A stretch of 57,651 nucleotides of DNA, filler included, from Piptocephalis cylindrospora (lineage: Eukaryota), in the NCBI GenBank assembly GCA_003614145.1. It is 5 parts of 5 records of this genome, joined end to end, with 100 filler letters (N's around TTAATTAATTAA, not from the genome) between each part and the next. Parts side by side here need not be neighbours in the genome. Positions count along the whole stretch, not along the records: positions 23,191 to 34,659 come from KZ988001.1; positions 34,760 to 46,205 come from KZ988002.1; 3 more parts are not named here. One strand, 5' to 3'. The notes beneath the pieces are model-generated. The model did no database searches. It saw nothing but the letters and a program-made list of their open reading frames with translations, and had not been told where the DNA came from. Position numbers and translations under genes: made by a program. Positions 24,882 to 41,902 of this stretch are shown one piece after another. The stretch's first letter is position 1. Each line of letters starts with the position of its first letter.

Positions 24882-27800
24882 ATGAATCCTCAAGGTATGT
24901 TTGCTCCTCATCTCATCTCATCCCATCCCATTCCACTCTATCTCATTCTCTCCTCTCCCTGCCCCACCCAACTCTTCTTCGCTCCACACAGGATATCCTG
25001 CTCCAGAGTATGGCAGGCGTCCAATGAACCAGGCAAGGCCCCCAGCCAGGACTATGCCTCCTCATCCAACCGGGTATTCCGGGCCTCCACCCCCAGGAAG
25101 ATCCGCTTCCTTCCATACCAGGGCTCCTCCCCCCCCCCTGGAGGCTATCCTCCCAGGTACGGCCCTCCTGATCCTTATGCCTACCCTCCCCCACCTCTTC
25201 CGGCCGTCAATGGTGAGCATCATCCAAGAGGCGAATGGGCCTCTCAGGACCCTTCCCTTGAGGCTGGAAACTGGCCTCCCGCCACCCCAACCGCCCAAGG
25301 CTACCGTCGTCCCGGACCCCTGCCTCCACGTGCCGGCTACTCTCTTTCCCGTCCCTCTTCCACCGTCACCATCCATACCAATCCTGTTGATTTCCCCGCC
25401 CCAAGGCTCGCCGGTCGTCCCGCCCCACGTGCCCCCCGGCCCCAGCATGGCCGTCATCCCTCCGAGACCTACGGATCTCAGGTTACCATGGATGATCCCC
25501 GGCCCGTCAGGTACCTTCACGGTGGTGTTCCTCATCCTCCCCCTCCTCATTTTCCTCATCCTGATGGCCCCTCTCGACCCTCCATGACCACGGATTGGGT
25601 CCAAGCCTTACCTCCCGCCAAGGCCATGGCCAAGTCCAACCGAAAGCTTCCTCGCCAACCTTCCAGGAAGGGATTGGCCAAGGAAGGCCTGGAAGGGGAG
25701 GTGGAGGAAAGGGAAAACGGGGAAATCCCTCATCCCATGGATGGTGTCCATCCTGATGTAGAAGCGGAAACAGACCAAGGAATTGAGGAAGAAGAGGAGA
25801 ATGACGATGCTTACTATGACGGTCTCTTCCCTGTTGACGCCAATGGTCACGCCCTTCCTCCCCAGGATGCTCCTCCCTACCCATACCCCTATGGAAGGGC
25901 TCCTGCGGGTTGGGAGGGCCCTCCTTTCCCTCAGGAACATCCTTATTACTCCCATGATCCTAGATATCCCCCAACCTATGGACCTTACCCTTCTCATCCT
26001 CCTCCTCACCCTCATCATCCCCATCACCCATACCCTGCTCCTCTGTACTCCCGTGGGTACCCAAGTGATTATCCCCGACCTTTATCCCGGCCCTACCGTC
26101 ACCCTGCCCCTGAATCCCTTTATAGTCGGCAAGAATATGATGAAGAGGAAGAAGAGAGGATGGAGGAGGGATTGGAGGATGGTGATGGTATCTCCATGAA
26201 TGGGGCTGAAGAATCCCATGGAAAGGGTTATCCATTGGGTGCCATCGATGACCACGACCCCCATAATATTACCGCCGACGGTGGATTGCACATCCTCGAC
26301 CTTCCCTTTGGTCGCATCCTCTGTGTGGCTGATGTTCGTGGACGCCTCTCCCTCCTAGATTCCCTCGCCAAGGATGCTGGGGCGGAGATGGTCCTTCACA
26401 CCGGTGACTTTGGCTTCTATGACCGCTCTTCTCTCGCTCGCATGGCCGACCGTACCCTCCTTCACCTCGTCCAATTCTCCCCTCTGCTCGACCCGGCCTT
26501 CCGGGATCAACTGGTTCGTCTGCCTGCCTCGGATATCCGCTCCCGTCTAGGATCTTCCAAAGGTCAGGCGGGGAACAAGGCCCGTCTTCCTTCCCCTCCC
26601 CTGCCCATGGATCACTCGGATACCCAAGCCCATGATTGGCAGGGGGAGGAGGGGGAGGAGGCCCGTCAGTCCTTTGCCCTCTCCGAATTCTCCGACTATC
26701 TCTCCGGTCGACGCTCCTTCACCATCCCTATCTACACTACCTACGGGGCCTTGGAAGATGTTCGTGTCCTCGAGCGTTTCCGTCAAGGTCACTACTCCAT
26801 CCCTAATCTTCACATCCTCGATGAGTCCATTGCCCCTGCCATCCGTACTGGAGGCGTTACCCTCAGACTCCTGGGCCTGGGTGGCGCCATTGTCCGGCAT
26901 AAACTCTTCAATAATGGTGCTGGTGAACTCACCATTGCTGGAGGCGAGGGCATGATGTGGTCCACTCTCCTTCAAATGGGTGAACTTCTCCAGACCGCTC
27001 GCGCCGTTCATGACCCCTCCGAGGTCCGTATCCTCGTCTCCACCGCCAGCGCCGGCCGGGAACCCATGGTCTCCCAGCTGGCTCAGGCCCTTGAGGCTGA
27101 TTACACCATTTCCGCTGGTCTTTACTACCGTTATCCTACCCTCTACACTCCCTCCACCGTCTATGGCACCCATTCCATTTGGAGGGACCGTCTAGCCTCC
27201 TCCCGGAAAAACTTTCTTCGACTCTGGAAGTGTGTCCAAGGTCAGGTCCTTGCCGGAGTTGATGGCATCCAGAGAGTTCAGCTTACTCTGGCCCTCACCG
27301 CTATCCTCGCCCCTCCTCCGGCCGAGAAGGTTGATCGCACCTGGAGGGAGCTTTGGTGTGTTTCCCTTCCGGATGCCCTGCATGGTCAACTCCGCATCGG
27401 CATTTCCGGAGGTCGTGTAGGTTTGGATGCCTCAGCTCAAGGCATTTCCTATGCTCATCGACATGGTGGGAAGAGGTTGGAGCTTGAGGCCCCCAACGAG
27501 CCCAAGAGTCAGGGCCCCCAAGACTCTACTAGGGGACAGGGTCAGAGTGAGGCTATTAGGAATCGAGGGATGATGGGGATGGGGGAGGAGATGGATGGGG
27601 AAGAGGATGGGATGGAGGCGGAAGAGGGAAGCATCGTTACTACTCCCTTCCCCGAAGCCCCCAGAGACGTTCATCCCACCGCCACTTCGTCCAGCAAGCA
27701 GCAGCAACAGCATCATGCCATCCCGGATGATCTCTCCATCCAAAAATCTTGGGAGGCCTTGAAGCGTCGGGCCAATGGCCCCTCCCTCCCAACCACGCTT

Positions 27801-30800
27801 TCGCGTATGGCCATGCCTGCTCCCTCCAGATCCTCAGGCCAAACCCTCGTTCGCCCCGGCACTGCTATGCCCCGTCTAGGCTCCTCCTCATCTACCCCTC
27901 AGCCTCCCGGATCCATGCCTTCCCAGACTAGAGTCATGAACCTTAACAAGCCCATTGCCAGGCCTAGGAGTCCAGCCATTAGCTCTGGTACTCCCACTGA
28001 GTCTAGCCGACGTCTCCCTCAGTCCGGGGAGGGTGGGGCAGAGTTTATGGATCAAGGAATGTCCAGTCAGATGACTGGTCGTGGTATTACCAGTGGGGCC
28101 GTCACCGCTTCTCATCCAAGACAAAGGACCCCTATCCCTGCTCCACAACCTACCCAAGCTCACTCTTCCGGTATTCCTGGTATCCTAAAGACCGCCCCTA
28201 CCCCCAAGCCCCGGGAGGAACCCTCTTCCCGTCTCACTACCACCCCCACTGCATCCGCCGCTGTTAACCCCTCCTCTGGCCCCGCTCCCATTCCCATTCC
28301 GGCAAGGAGACCCACCCCGGGTCCCATGGGTAGTGGTATACCCGGGATGACCCTATCCATGAGTGGTCAGCCTATCCCCTCGACTCAGGCTCCAGCTGGG
28401 GCCAACACCTCGACTGGACCATCGGCCCTCTCCGTTCGTCTCAACACTCCTGCCCCTCGCCTAGGCACTCCTGCTCCTCCTCTCCCTCCCATTTCCCGTC
28501 AGGGTACCCCAGCTCCCCCCGGGGTCAATCACCTTACTGCTCGGGAATGGGCTCAGACCGCCGAATTTAATCCGGGTCAATTCTTCTTCCAACCCCCCGC
28601 TACCACTCCCCAGGAAGAAGTCCAGAATCAGGAGGTGGAAGGGGAGGAGGACCCCTCGGGGCAAGAGCCCTTCCCCTCTCATCCTTCTGATGACCCTTAT
28701 CATTCTTCTCATCATGAGGGAGCTGGGGACGACGGAATTAACGGAGGTGGGGGTAAAAGAACCCTTTGGGTGGGTGGTTTCTTCCATGAACCTGCCACCG
28801 AAGACGACTTGTATCGACTCTTTGGTCCCGAGGTTAGTTTTTTTCTTTGGGTCCCTTCTCTCTCTTTCTGCACTTTCCCATCCATTCATTCTGTCCCACT
28901 CACTTGTTCTCCCTTCTCTAGGTGGCTCATATTACGTTGATGTACGACTCGGCTACGGCCTCTTCCATTCAGGGCCCCAAGCAAAGACCATTTTGCTTTG
29001 TTGAGTTTTATACTCCTGAGGCTGCTCAAGCGGCCCTTTCCCTCACTGGCCTGGTAAGTGCGCATGCAATGCAATTAAGGGCATAGAATTACTTTCTAAG
29101 CCTTTCCCCTTCGAATAGACCTTACATGGACAGAACATTCGCGTGCGTTGGGCTCATCACTCTGGCTCTGGGGCTGTCCTTGGGTCCAGAACCCATCCTC
29201 CACCCCCTTTGGCTCCCCCTACTTATGATGCTTATGGCCATGAAGAACTTCCTATTTCTAACTACGAGGACACCGGCAAGTCCAGTCAGGTATCCCTTCT
29301 CTCACTCTCTCATTTATTATCTTCTCCTTCCTTAACTCCCCACTTTTATCTTCTCCTTCATACAGCATCCATACAGGATCTGGCTTGGAGGTCTCTCCAA
29401 TGAAAAGGTTACCGAGGTGGATGTCCATCAATTCTTCGGAGAGCTGGCCAGGTCCATTGTCTCCATCAAACTTCCTTACAATCATGCAACAGGTCAACAA
29501 AGGGCCTTTTGCTTTGTGGATTTTTCCGATGAGGAGTCCGCCCGGACGGCCTTGCATTACCATGGAAAATTCCTGAAGAATAATGCTGTTAAAATTGACC
29601 GAGCTGGAGCCCCCGCTGGAGGAGCCGTCATGGAGGGATCTGTTGCTCATGTTCAAGGGGCGATTATTGGAGCTGCAGTGACTAGGTCCACTTATACTCC
29701 ACCCATCCTTCCTCCTCCCTCTACTACTACCCCTACTCTTGCTCAGGGCTCATCCGCGCAAGGAGGCACTATTCTCACCCCAAATACTGTGTGGATGGGA
29801 GGCTTCTACAATGATACCATAGTTGAGGAGGATGTTCATCAGTTCTTCGGGGCTCTAGCCCCTCACATCGTCCATGTAAAGCTCATGTACGAGAGACCCT
29901 CGGGGAAGCAGAGGGCCTACTGCTTCGTGGAGTTTGATAGTGTCAGCGCTTATCGCATTGCCCTGACGTACTCAGATCGATCTCTGAGGGAGCACACCAT
30001 CCGGATCAATCCGGCGGGTTCCCAACAAAGGGCTTCAGCCGCCACTCTTTCAGGGCCCAATCCCATTGGGACCCCCCCCCTCCCCAGGCCTTGGCCGGGG
30101 CTCTTAGAACCGGGACCCCTACCCTCTCCTCCACCTCCTACCCCAATGGCTGGACCATCCACCATCCCCAGGGCGTGGTCCGGGCTGGGTTTCCCGCTGC
30201 AGCCGGGAGCGCGGTGGGCCCAACCTCCTCTTCTCCCTACTACTCGGGGACCCCAACCCATCGGGCTACTATCTCCTCTGGGACCTCAGCTCCCTTTCAT
30301 TCGGGCCTGACCTCTGCCATTTCCTCCAGTCCCAGACACCCTCTCCCCCATAACTCGGTGGCCATCCAATACCGTCCTATCCCGCTACAGGGGGGATCCG
30401 GTGAGGGTGTGGATGATGAGGCTAACGGTCTGAGCCAGCGGTATGATGAAGAAGATACTGAGGTGGTCCTCGGTGGAGAGGAGGAGGAAAGGGTGAATGA
30501 GGAGGAGAGGAAGCGAAGGGAAGAACAAGTGGTAATGGAGGAACTACAGGGTATTCGGTCCAGAGTCGAAGAAGAGGAGGAGAGGGCAGCAGAGAAGGGG
30601 AAAGTTCAGGATGAGGATGAGGATGAAGATGACCGATTAGCCGCTCACCCTCCCATCATTGTCCGGCTGGGTACACCATCTCCTCAGGATCAAGGTACCA
30701 CCTCTTCAGGTAATGGAGATAAGGAACGAGGTGCAACCAAGGAATCATGGACTGAAAGTGTTCCTACCACCACGTCCTCCTCCACATCTTCCTCTTCCAC

Positions 30801-32035
30801 CTCCACCTTGGATGACGGCATGGGATCTCAGGGTGTGAAAGCCACCTCTAGTGGGGACCCATCTAGCTCAGCCACAGCTACGCCCGATCAATCCGGAGAA
30901 GGGTGTCGGCCAACCATGTGGATCGGTGGGTTTCAGGGTGCATCGATCACCGAAGAAGAGCTAAAGGGCTTCTTTGGCCCTGAACTAGCCCCTTACATCA
31001 CGCACATCAAGTTCATGTACGATCGTAAGACCGGAAAGCAGAGGCCCTTTGGCTTTGTGGAGTGGGGTGATGAGGAATCGTTGGAACGGGGCTTGGAGTA
31101 TGACAAGAATATCTTCAAGGGCCGGGCCCTTCATATGAACCGGGCCAAGGCTGGTGTACCCAGTCTATCGGTGACGGAGTCGGGAGGGGAAGGTGGAGGA
31201 TCCGGAGGAGCTGGTGCCCAGATCGCGACGCCGATGAACCCCGCGAACCTCCCTCCCCCCTCTCTCCACATCATTCCAAGTAGCCCTGTGCTTGCGGCCA
31301 TGCCCCAGGATGGGGCCGCCACCACCGCCACTACCAATGAAAAGGGAGAGGTCATGGATAGTGGGTATTATGGGGAGGGGATGACGGAGACAGGGACAAG
31401 GAATGGGCCTAGCTTGGGTGGGATGGAGGAGGAAGTAGGGGGCGGTGGAGCATGGTACGAGACGGATCAGGCCGGATACTACGGTGATGTTCAAGGTCAG
31501 GAAGGGCAAGAGATGCCCTCGGGCCCCACGTCCACCCCCCCTTCCACCCTCATTGTCCGGTGGGGAGGGAGGAACGTGGTCGAGGTCATCCTCCATGGCC
31601 TCCACCGCCTCCTACCAGCAGCAGCAAGCCCAGATGAATGGCCACTCTGGATCAACGACTCCTCATACGCACACCAAGCCTCCGCCGCCCAACTTCCCAC
31701 AGGGCCGGCCACCACCGGGGAATCAGATACCTACATCTACATTGTGGATCGGAGGTCTCGTGAGCCATCAGCCAACTGAAGAGGATTTTAAGGAATGGTT
31801 CACCGATGTGGAGCGAGTGCACTTTGTGCGGGTACGAGATTCGACGGAGCGAAAGCCCTTTTGCTATGTTGAGTTCAAGTCGGCAGCCGCAGCGGAGAGC
31901 GCAATGATTTTCAATGGAGGCGTCTTCCTTGGGAACCGACTGAAGATGCGATACGTCGAATCGACCCGCAGTGTCCCCCCATCCCCGGGTCGTCGGACCC
32001 ACCGGGCCAGCACAGTATCGTATGGGAGGGGGTAG
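24882..32035 (+). CDS. Very large protein: Pro/Tyr/His-rich N-terminus, calcineurin-like metallophosphoesterase-fold domain (resembles the fungal DUF2433-associated family), and five RRMs; apparent frameshifts at C runs
   Basis: Model: exons 24882-24894, 24992-28832, 28922-29053, 29119-29289, 29367-32035. Phosphoesterase motifs RILCVADVRG, VLHTGDFGFY, YTTYGALED, LLGLGGA (about 26310-27460). Five RRMs beginning RTLWVGG, RIWLGG, TVWMGG, TMWIGG and TLWIGG, each with a (Q/K)(R/K)(P/A)(F/Y)(C/G)(F/Y)V(E/D)(F/W) RNP1. Frame changes near 25129-25138, 30072-30080 and about 31500-31541. Confidence 0.8.
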
Positions 32036-32303
32036 GATGGATGAGGATGGGTATGCCGGGAATGAATGGGGGGTGAAACGAAGATAATGGGTGATTATGA
32101 TATGCTTTTCTGTCTGAATATGGATGAAGAGAATAAGGCAAGGGTTTCAATGGGAAGATATCTATTTTCCACGACAGGACAGGACAGGATGAACGGATGG
32201 GGACCCAGAAAAACATGGACACAGACAACGGACACACGCATGCATATGGGGACACGGATGGAGGGGAGATAAGAGGAAGGGGGAGGATGAGGAACACCAC
32301 CGG

Positions 32304-32313
32304 NNNNNNNNNN
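32304..32313. other. Intra-scaffold assembly gap (10 N)
   Basis: Ten Ns with no linker sequence. Confidence 0.95.
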
Positions 32314-32696
32314 ACACACCACTCAAAAAAAGCCAAAAAGAACCATCTCCATCTCCCTAAATATCCTTCTGCCTTGGCCCATCCCATTCTTTGGGGTGGG
32401 GGAGGGGGAAGGTAGAAGACGAAAGGGAGACCCAGTGCGTATTCAGAGATGCATATCCCACTTCATGTCCTTCCCCGTGGTAGGATGATGATGTAGGAGA
32501 TTTATGTTCCCGTTCCACAGTAGGCACCAAGATGGCATCGACAAGGATGTCCACCTACTCCTCTTCCTCGCAGCTAGTCAGCCAGAGCCCTCCGTCATTG
32601 TCATCACCATGTCATTCTCAAACTCCCTCCCCTCCCCCCTCCCCCATTAGACAACGCTCCTTCCGTCCACCAACGGCCCATATGCCCAATCAGGGT

Positions 32697-34659
<1,963 letters not shown>

Positions 34660-34759
34660 NNNNNNNNNNNNNNNNNNNNNNNNNNNNNNNNNNNNNNNNN
34701 NNNTTAATTAATTAANNNNNNNNNNNNNNNNNNNNNNNNNNNNNNNNNNNNNNNNNNNN
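34660..34759. other. Artificial contig-joining linker
   Basis: N44-TTAATTAATTAA-N44. Confidence 0.99.
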
Positions 34760-35164
34760 AATAGCAGGTTTCATCTCTGAGAGATCCATGGGTTGTTTCG
34801 AGTGATTTTCCCCGTCATGAGCCTGAATGATCTGGGCCAAAGCCAGCGTGATAGTGAAGGCGTGCGGGACGTATGTATTCACTTGATCCTTGTCAGTTTG
34901 CCGATGAATGTGAGGATTGATGTAATGTAGCCCATGATCAGGTTGTCCGTGGGAGTTACCTGGCAGGAATGTTGTAGAAAGGGGAGGGTCAAGAGAAGGG
35001 AGGTAAAGGAGTTGATGTGGACCCCCATTCCTTTCCTCAGAATGGTCTTGGATCAATTGATTAGGGCCCTTTGGACTCCTTGAGCTGGGTCCTGGGGCAC
35101 CCAGAGTAGGCGTGACTAGGGCGGATAGGCCTAGAACCATATATATCACAGAGATAAAGCGCAT
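34760..35164 (-). CDS. Predicted secreted protein of unknown function, C-terminus truncated by the contig edge
   Basis: Signal peptide MRFISVIYMVLGLSALVTPTLG|AP; ORF open to the contig end. Confidence 0.65.
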
Positions 35165-35890
35165 AATGGATTTGATGAAGCGAGTCGTTAGGGCGTACTT
35201 CTTTTTAAGAAAAAAGCGATGGCCAGGGAGAAGGAAACGTTCAGTAGATAGGTGTTAGATGGGCGCTAGGGAAAAACGAACATGGTCTTGGCCATCCTCC
35301 TTCCTCTTATCCTTAGCGAAAAGTGCCATAATAAGGTTGTGCCTGCCCTATGGCTACTTTTGCCCTATTGATCAAACCCTCTATGGACAGGCGTTCAATG
35401 GCCTTTTGCGCAGATCAGCCCTTCCTATCGATATCCCGAGAGGAATGGCGGAGATGAGAGGAGGGCCCTTGAAATGCATACAGACATTGGACTGAGAGCA
35501 ACGCTTCTCCAGCTCCCCAAATTGATCGTTGAGGTGCCACCTGGCAGCCGAAGAGGAGTGAGGTAAACAAAGTCTGTTCGCGGGTCTAGGCTGAGGTTTC
35601 TAAGTTTTTTTTGAGGGAGTTCTTGAAGGCCAACTAAGCGGAAGGGGCCGTTGACATGTCTTTTTTCCGGACAATATACTCAGATATAAAATGACTAGCG
35701 TGGAGAAAAGTGATATTAATTCCAGCTTTCTACTGTATTCAGTGATCAATCAATTATGAGACTTTCACTTTCTAAAAGTGAGACGGCTAAAGAAATACGG
35801 TTGGATTTTTAAGGAAAGAAAAGGGAATATATCGGGAAAAGTACGGGCACATCACGATTCCACCTAATGGGTCGACTTTAACCTCTCTAC

Positions 35891-36451
35891 CTAAGGAGCA
35901 AACCTCCAGCAAAGATTGTTATTCACCTTAGGATTCCAATTTGAGTGGAAGGTCAGGCCCCCTTCATCCCGAGCCATGTAAAGACCCTTGGCCTCGGCAG
36001 TATCCAGACCATTCCCCACGTTGACAACGGCCATACATCCCTTATTATCTAAGGCGGTGCGAGTCGTCTTCCAGGCCAAATACCCATTGGGATTCTGATG
36101 GCATTCTTTTAGAAGGGGAGGGTATGCTTGCTCAGCGGAGAGACAAGCGGGCTTGCCCTCTGCGGCGGCCTGGACGTTTTGAATGGCAAAGATGCTTGAG
36201 TCCACATCAGATGTCAGGAAGCGCCAGCGGAAACTGTCGCCTGCAGCCGATGTGTCGGGATTGGCCCCCGCTTTTGATTGACCATTTTCCATAATCCAGT
36301 TAATGGATACTTCATTGTCTTTGTTATAACCAGAAGTAAATCCGATAATCTTGAAGCTACGAATGTACCCTTGAGGTTGGTAGAAACTGAGAGCAGAAGC
36401 GGTGGAGATGGCGACCAGCGCCAGCGCCAGCAAGGAGGGGAATTTGAGCAT
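35891..36451 (-). CDS. Small secreted protein (186 aa), beta-trefoil/ricin-B lectin-like
   Basis: Signal peptide MLKFPSLLALALVAISTASA; three spaced Trp motifs (SFRWRF, YLAWKT, NLCWRF); AIQNV...CL...LKEC pattern typical of trefoil subdomains; four Cys; intronless. Confidence 0.7.
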   Translation of the reverse strand: MLKFPSLLALALVAISTASALSFYQPQGYIRSFKIIGFTSGYNKDNEVSINWIMENGQSKAGANPDTSAAGDSFRWRFLTSDVDSSIFAIQNVQAAAEGKPACLSAEQAYPPLLKECHQNPNGYLAWKTTRTALDNKGCMAVVNVGNGLDTAEAKGLYMARDEGGLTFHSNWNPKVNNNLCWRFAP

Positions 36452-36981
36452 TTTTAAATACCGGGGAGAGGTGGGTGGAGAATCGAGAGATGATGACGGG
36501 GAGGATTGGCGAAAAGAGAACAAGTATAAGAAGAAGGGGAATGAGGAGATAAGGAAATGCACTAGGGGGAGGCAGTCTAGCCCAGAAGAGGGTTCTATTC
36601 ATGTAGGAGATTTCAAGAGCGGAGTTGAGAGTTTTGAGTGTGAGAGAAAGGAGTTATTGGCCAGGGAAGACGAGCATTTCAACTCCGATCCTATCTGCCA
36701 AGGCTCAAGGCAAAAGGGTAGGAAGAGTAGATGGTCTGGCTATTATGTCCCATGATAATAGAATGGATTCGCACTGCCCGGCGAACAATTCATCAACTAA
36801 CTAAAAACAAGAATGCACTTGACACCTCCATCACTTGGAAAACACATGTATTATGCTACACAATCAAGGCAATGCTCGGGGATGTCCGTGGATCCATCCA
36901 GCTAGCCGCATACACACGCACTCGCACATGCGCAAGGCCTATTAGAAGCGAAGGAAAAGGGGCTTCCGGATCATGTCGAGA

Positions 36982-40307
<3,326 letters not shown>

Positions 40308-40422
40308 AGGACAGGAAGGTCGGGGGGGTGGGGGGGAAGGGGGGAGGATATCCGAGTGGAGAGCGTGTCACAAGAGGCGGAGAAGTAGAGGGGGTATGGA
40401 GGAGATGCTCGGGGATGAAGAG

Positions 40423-40528
40423 GGCGGGAAACAGAGAGAATCAAAGAGAAGGAGCCGAGTAGTGGACAGGGCAAGGCTCATCTTTGTTGACATTACCTCG
40501 TATGCCTGAGGGGAAGGCTCGTACGCGT
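40423..40528 (-). promoter_or_regulatory. Candidate G1/S elements upstream of CDC7: E2F-type TTTCCCGCC (40431-40423) and MCB ACGCGT (40523-40528)
   Basis: Exact motif matches about 115 and 215 bp upstream of the CDC7 ATG. The intergenic region is shared with the divergent TMX2-like gene. Confidence 0.5.
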
Positions 40529-40850
40529 CACGGCCACGCCCTCTCCACCCTCAATGGAGTATGTGCGTCTGCTTGGCTAGGGAGCAGAGTTCGGTGTGTC
40601 TGAGACAGTGCATACCTGGCCTCATCATCTGGTTGGGACCAGGTTGAGCTTTGGATCATCCGAGTGAGATGAATACATTTATAAAGACCAGAGGTAAGCT
40701 GAATCCTACCCTGTCCCCTTCTCTCCCACACACCCTGAGACGCTCTCGACTTGTATGAGACAGGCCAAACCGTGAATAGATTGCAAACTATGCTAGAGGA
40801 GGAGCCAACCTCCGAGTTTTCCTTTTCCCAATCCCTCATCCACAGTAATC

Positions 40851-41902
40851 ATGTCCACTACCACTACCAACGCAAAAACTTTCAATACACTCCTCCCACT
40901 ATGGAAGAGACTATGCACTCAACACACCCTGATCCACGGCTTCCTCTCGCTTTTTTTACCGTTTTGTAGGTATGTGTGCCCGATCCTCGGACTGGGCAGG
41001 CCCATGGGTGAGCTATTTAAGGAGGGCCAGCCAGATTCAGAGGAGCTACAGTTACTCGCGGGTTTGGCCGCGTTAGCAACATACAAGACGTGGGCCTGCC
41101 CGACAGCCGAGGAACGCACAGGGCTATGTCTCCTCTACAGCAAGTTCCTCTCCCTGTATCTATTGTATCAAGGGGGAAGCTGGTCGGCCATGGCCCTCTT
41201 CCTCGTCAATTGGCTATTGGTGTACGTGGTGATCCGGCCTGCGCGGTACTGGGGACCTGCCAAGGCATTTCCCTTGACCGAGGATGGAGTGAGAAAGGCC
41301 GTGAGCCTCACGGAGGTGGCACGGTCACATAAGCAGGCCAAGCAAAGAAAGAAATTGGACACTGCGGATCAATCGTTTATGGCTGAGGCCTGGGTGATCC
41401 TCTTTGAGACCAAGTGGGCCCCGGCAGCTAGGTACTTCACTGTTCCCTTTGCCGAACTTGCTAATACGTACACGAGCTCCCGGCTCCACTTTGGTGAGTA
41501 GCCCTCTCCTGTCCTTGCGAGGAAGAGGAGACGGATAATGTCGACTCACACACCTTTTATCGATCATGTAGGAAGGGTTGACTTGGATGTGTACTCGGCG
41601 TTAAAGCTCAAGTATGGGATTGCCACCGATTCTGCTTCCTTGGACATTCCCACGGTGATCCTCTTCCGGGAAGGCAAGGAGATGTTGCGTCTCCCTAGCA
41701 AGACCACAGGAAAGGTTTGGGATCGTAGCGCGGTACGTGATGAGGATGTGTGTGTGTGAGAGAGAGAGAGGGTGTGTGGAAAAGGAAGACTAACGGACAC
41801 CTTTATCATCCCATGTACTAGCAATCGGTGGTAGAGGCATTCCATCTGGAGGAGTACTTGGATGCAACAAAAGAAGATGGCTCTAAGCCAGTTTCAAAGT
41901 GA
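40851..41902 (+). CDS. TMX2: Thioredoxin-related transmembrane protein 2-like
   Basis: Exons 40851-41493, 41571-41732, 41822-41902. N-terminal hydrophobic segments, then WVILFETKWAPAARYFTVPFAELANTY...LHFG|RVDL...IPTVILFREGKEMLRLP, matching the TMX2 thioredoxin fold as I recall it. Confidence 0.75.
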
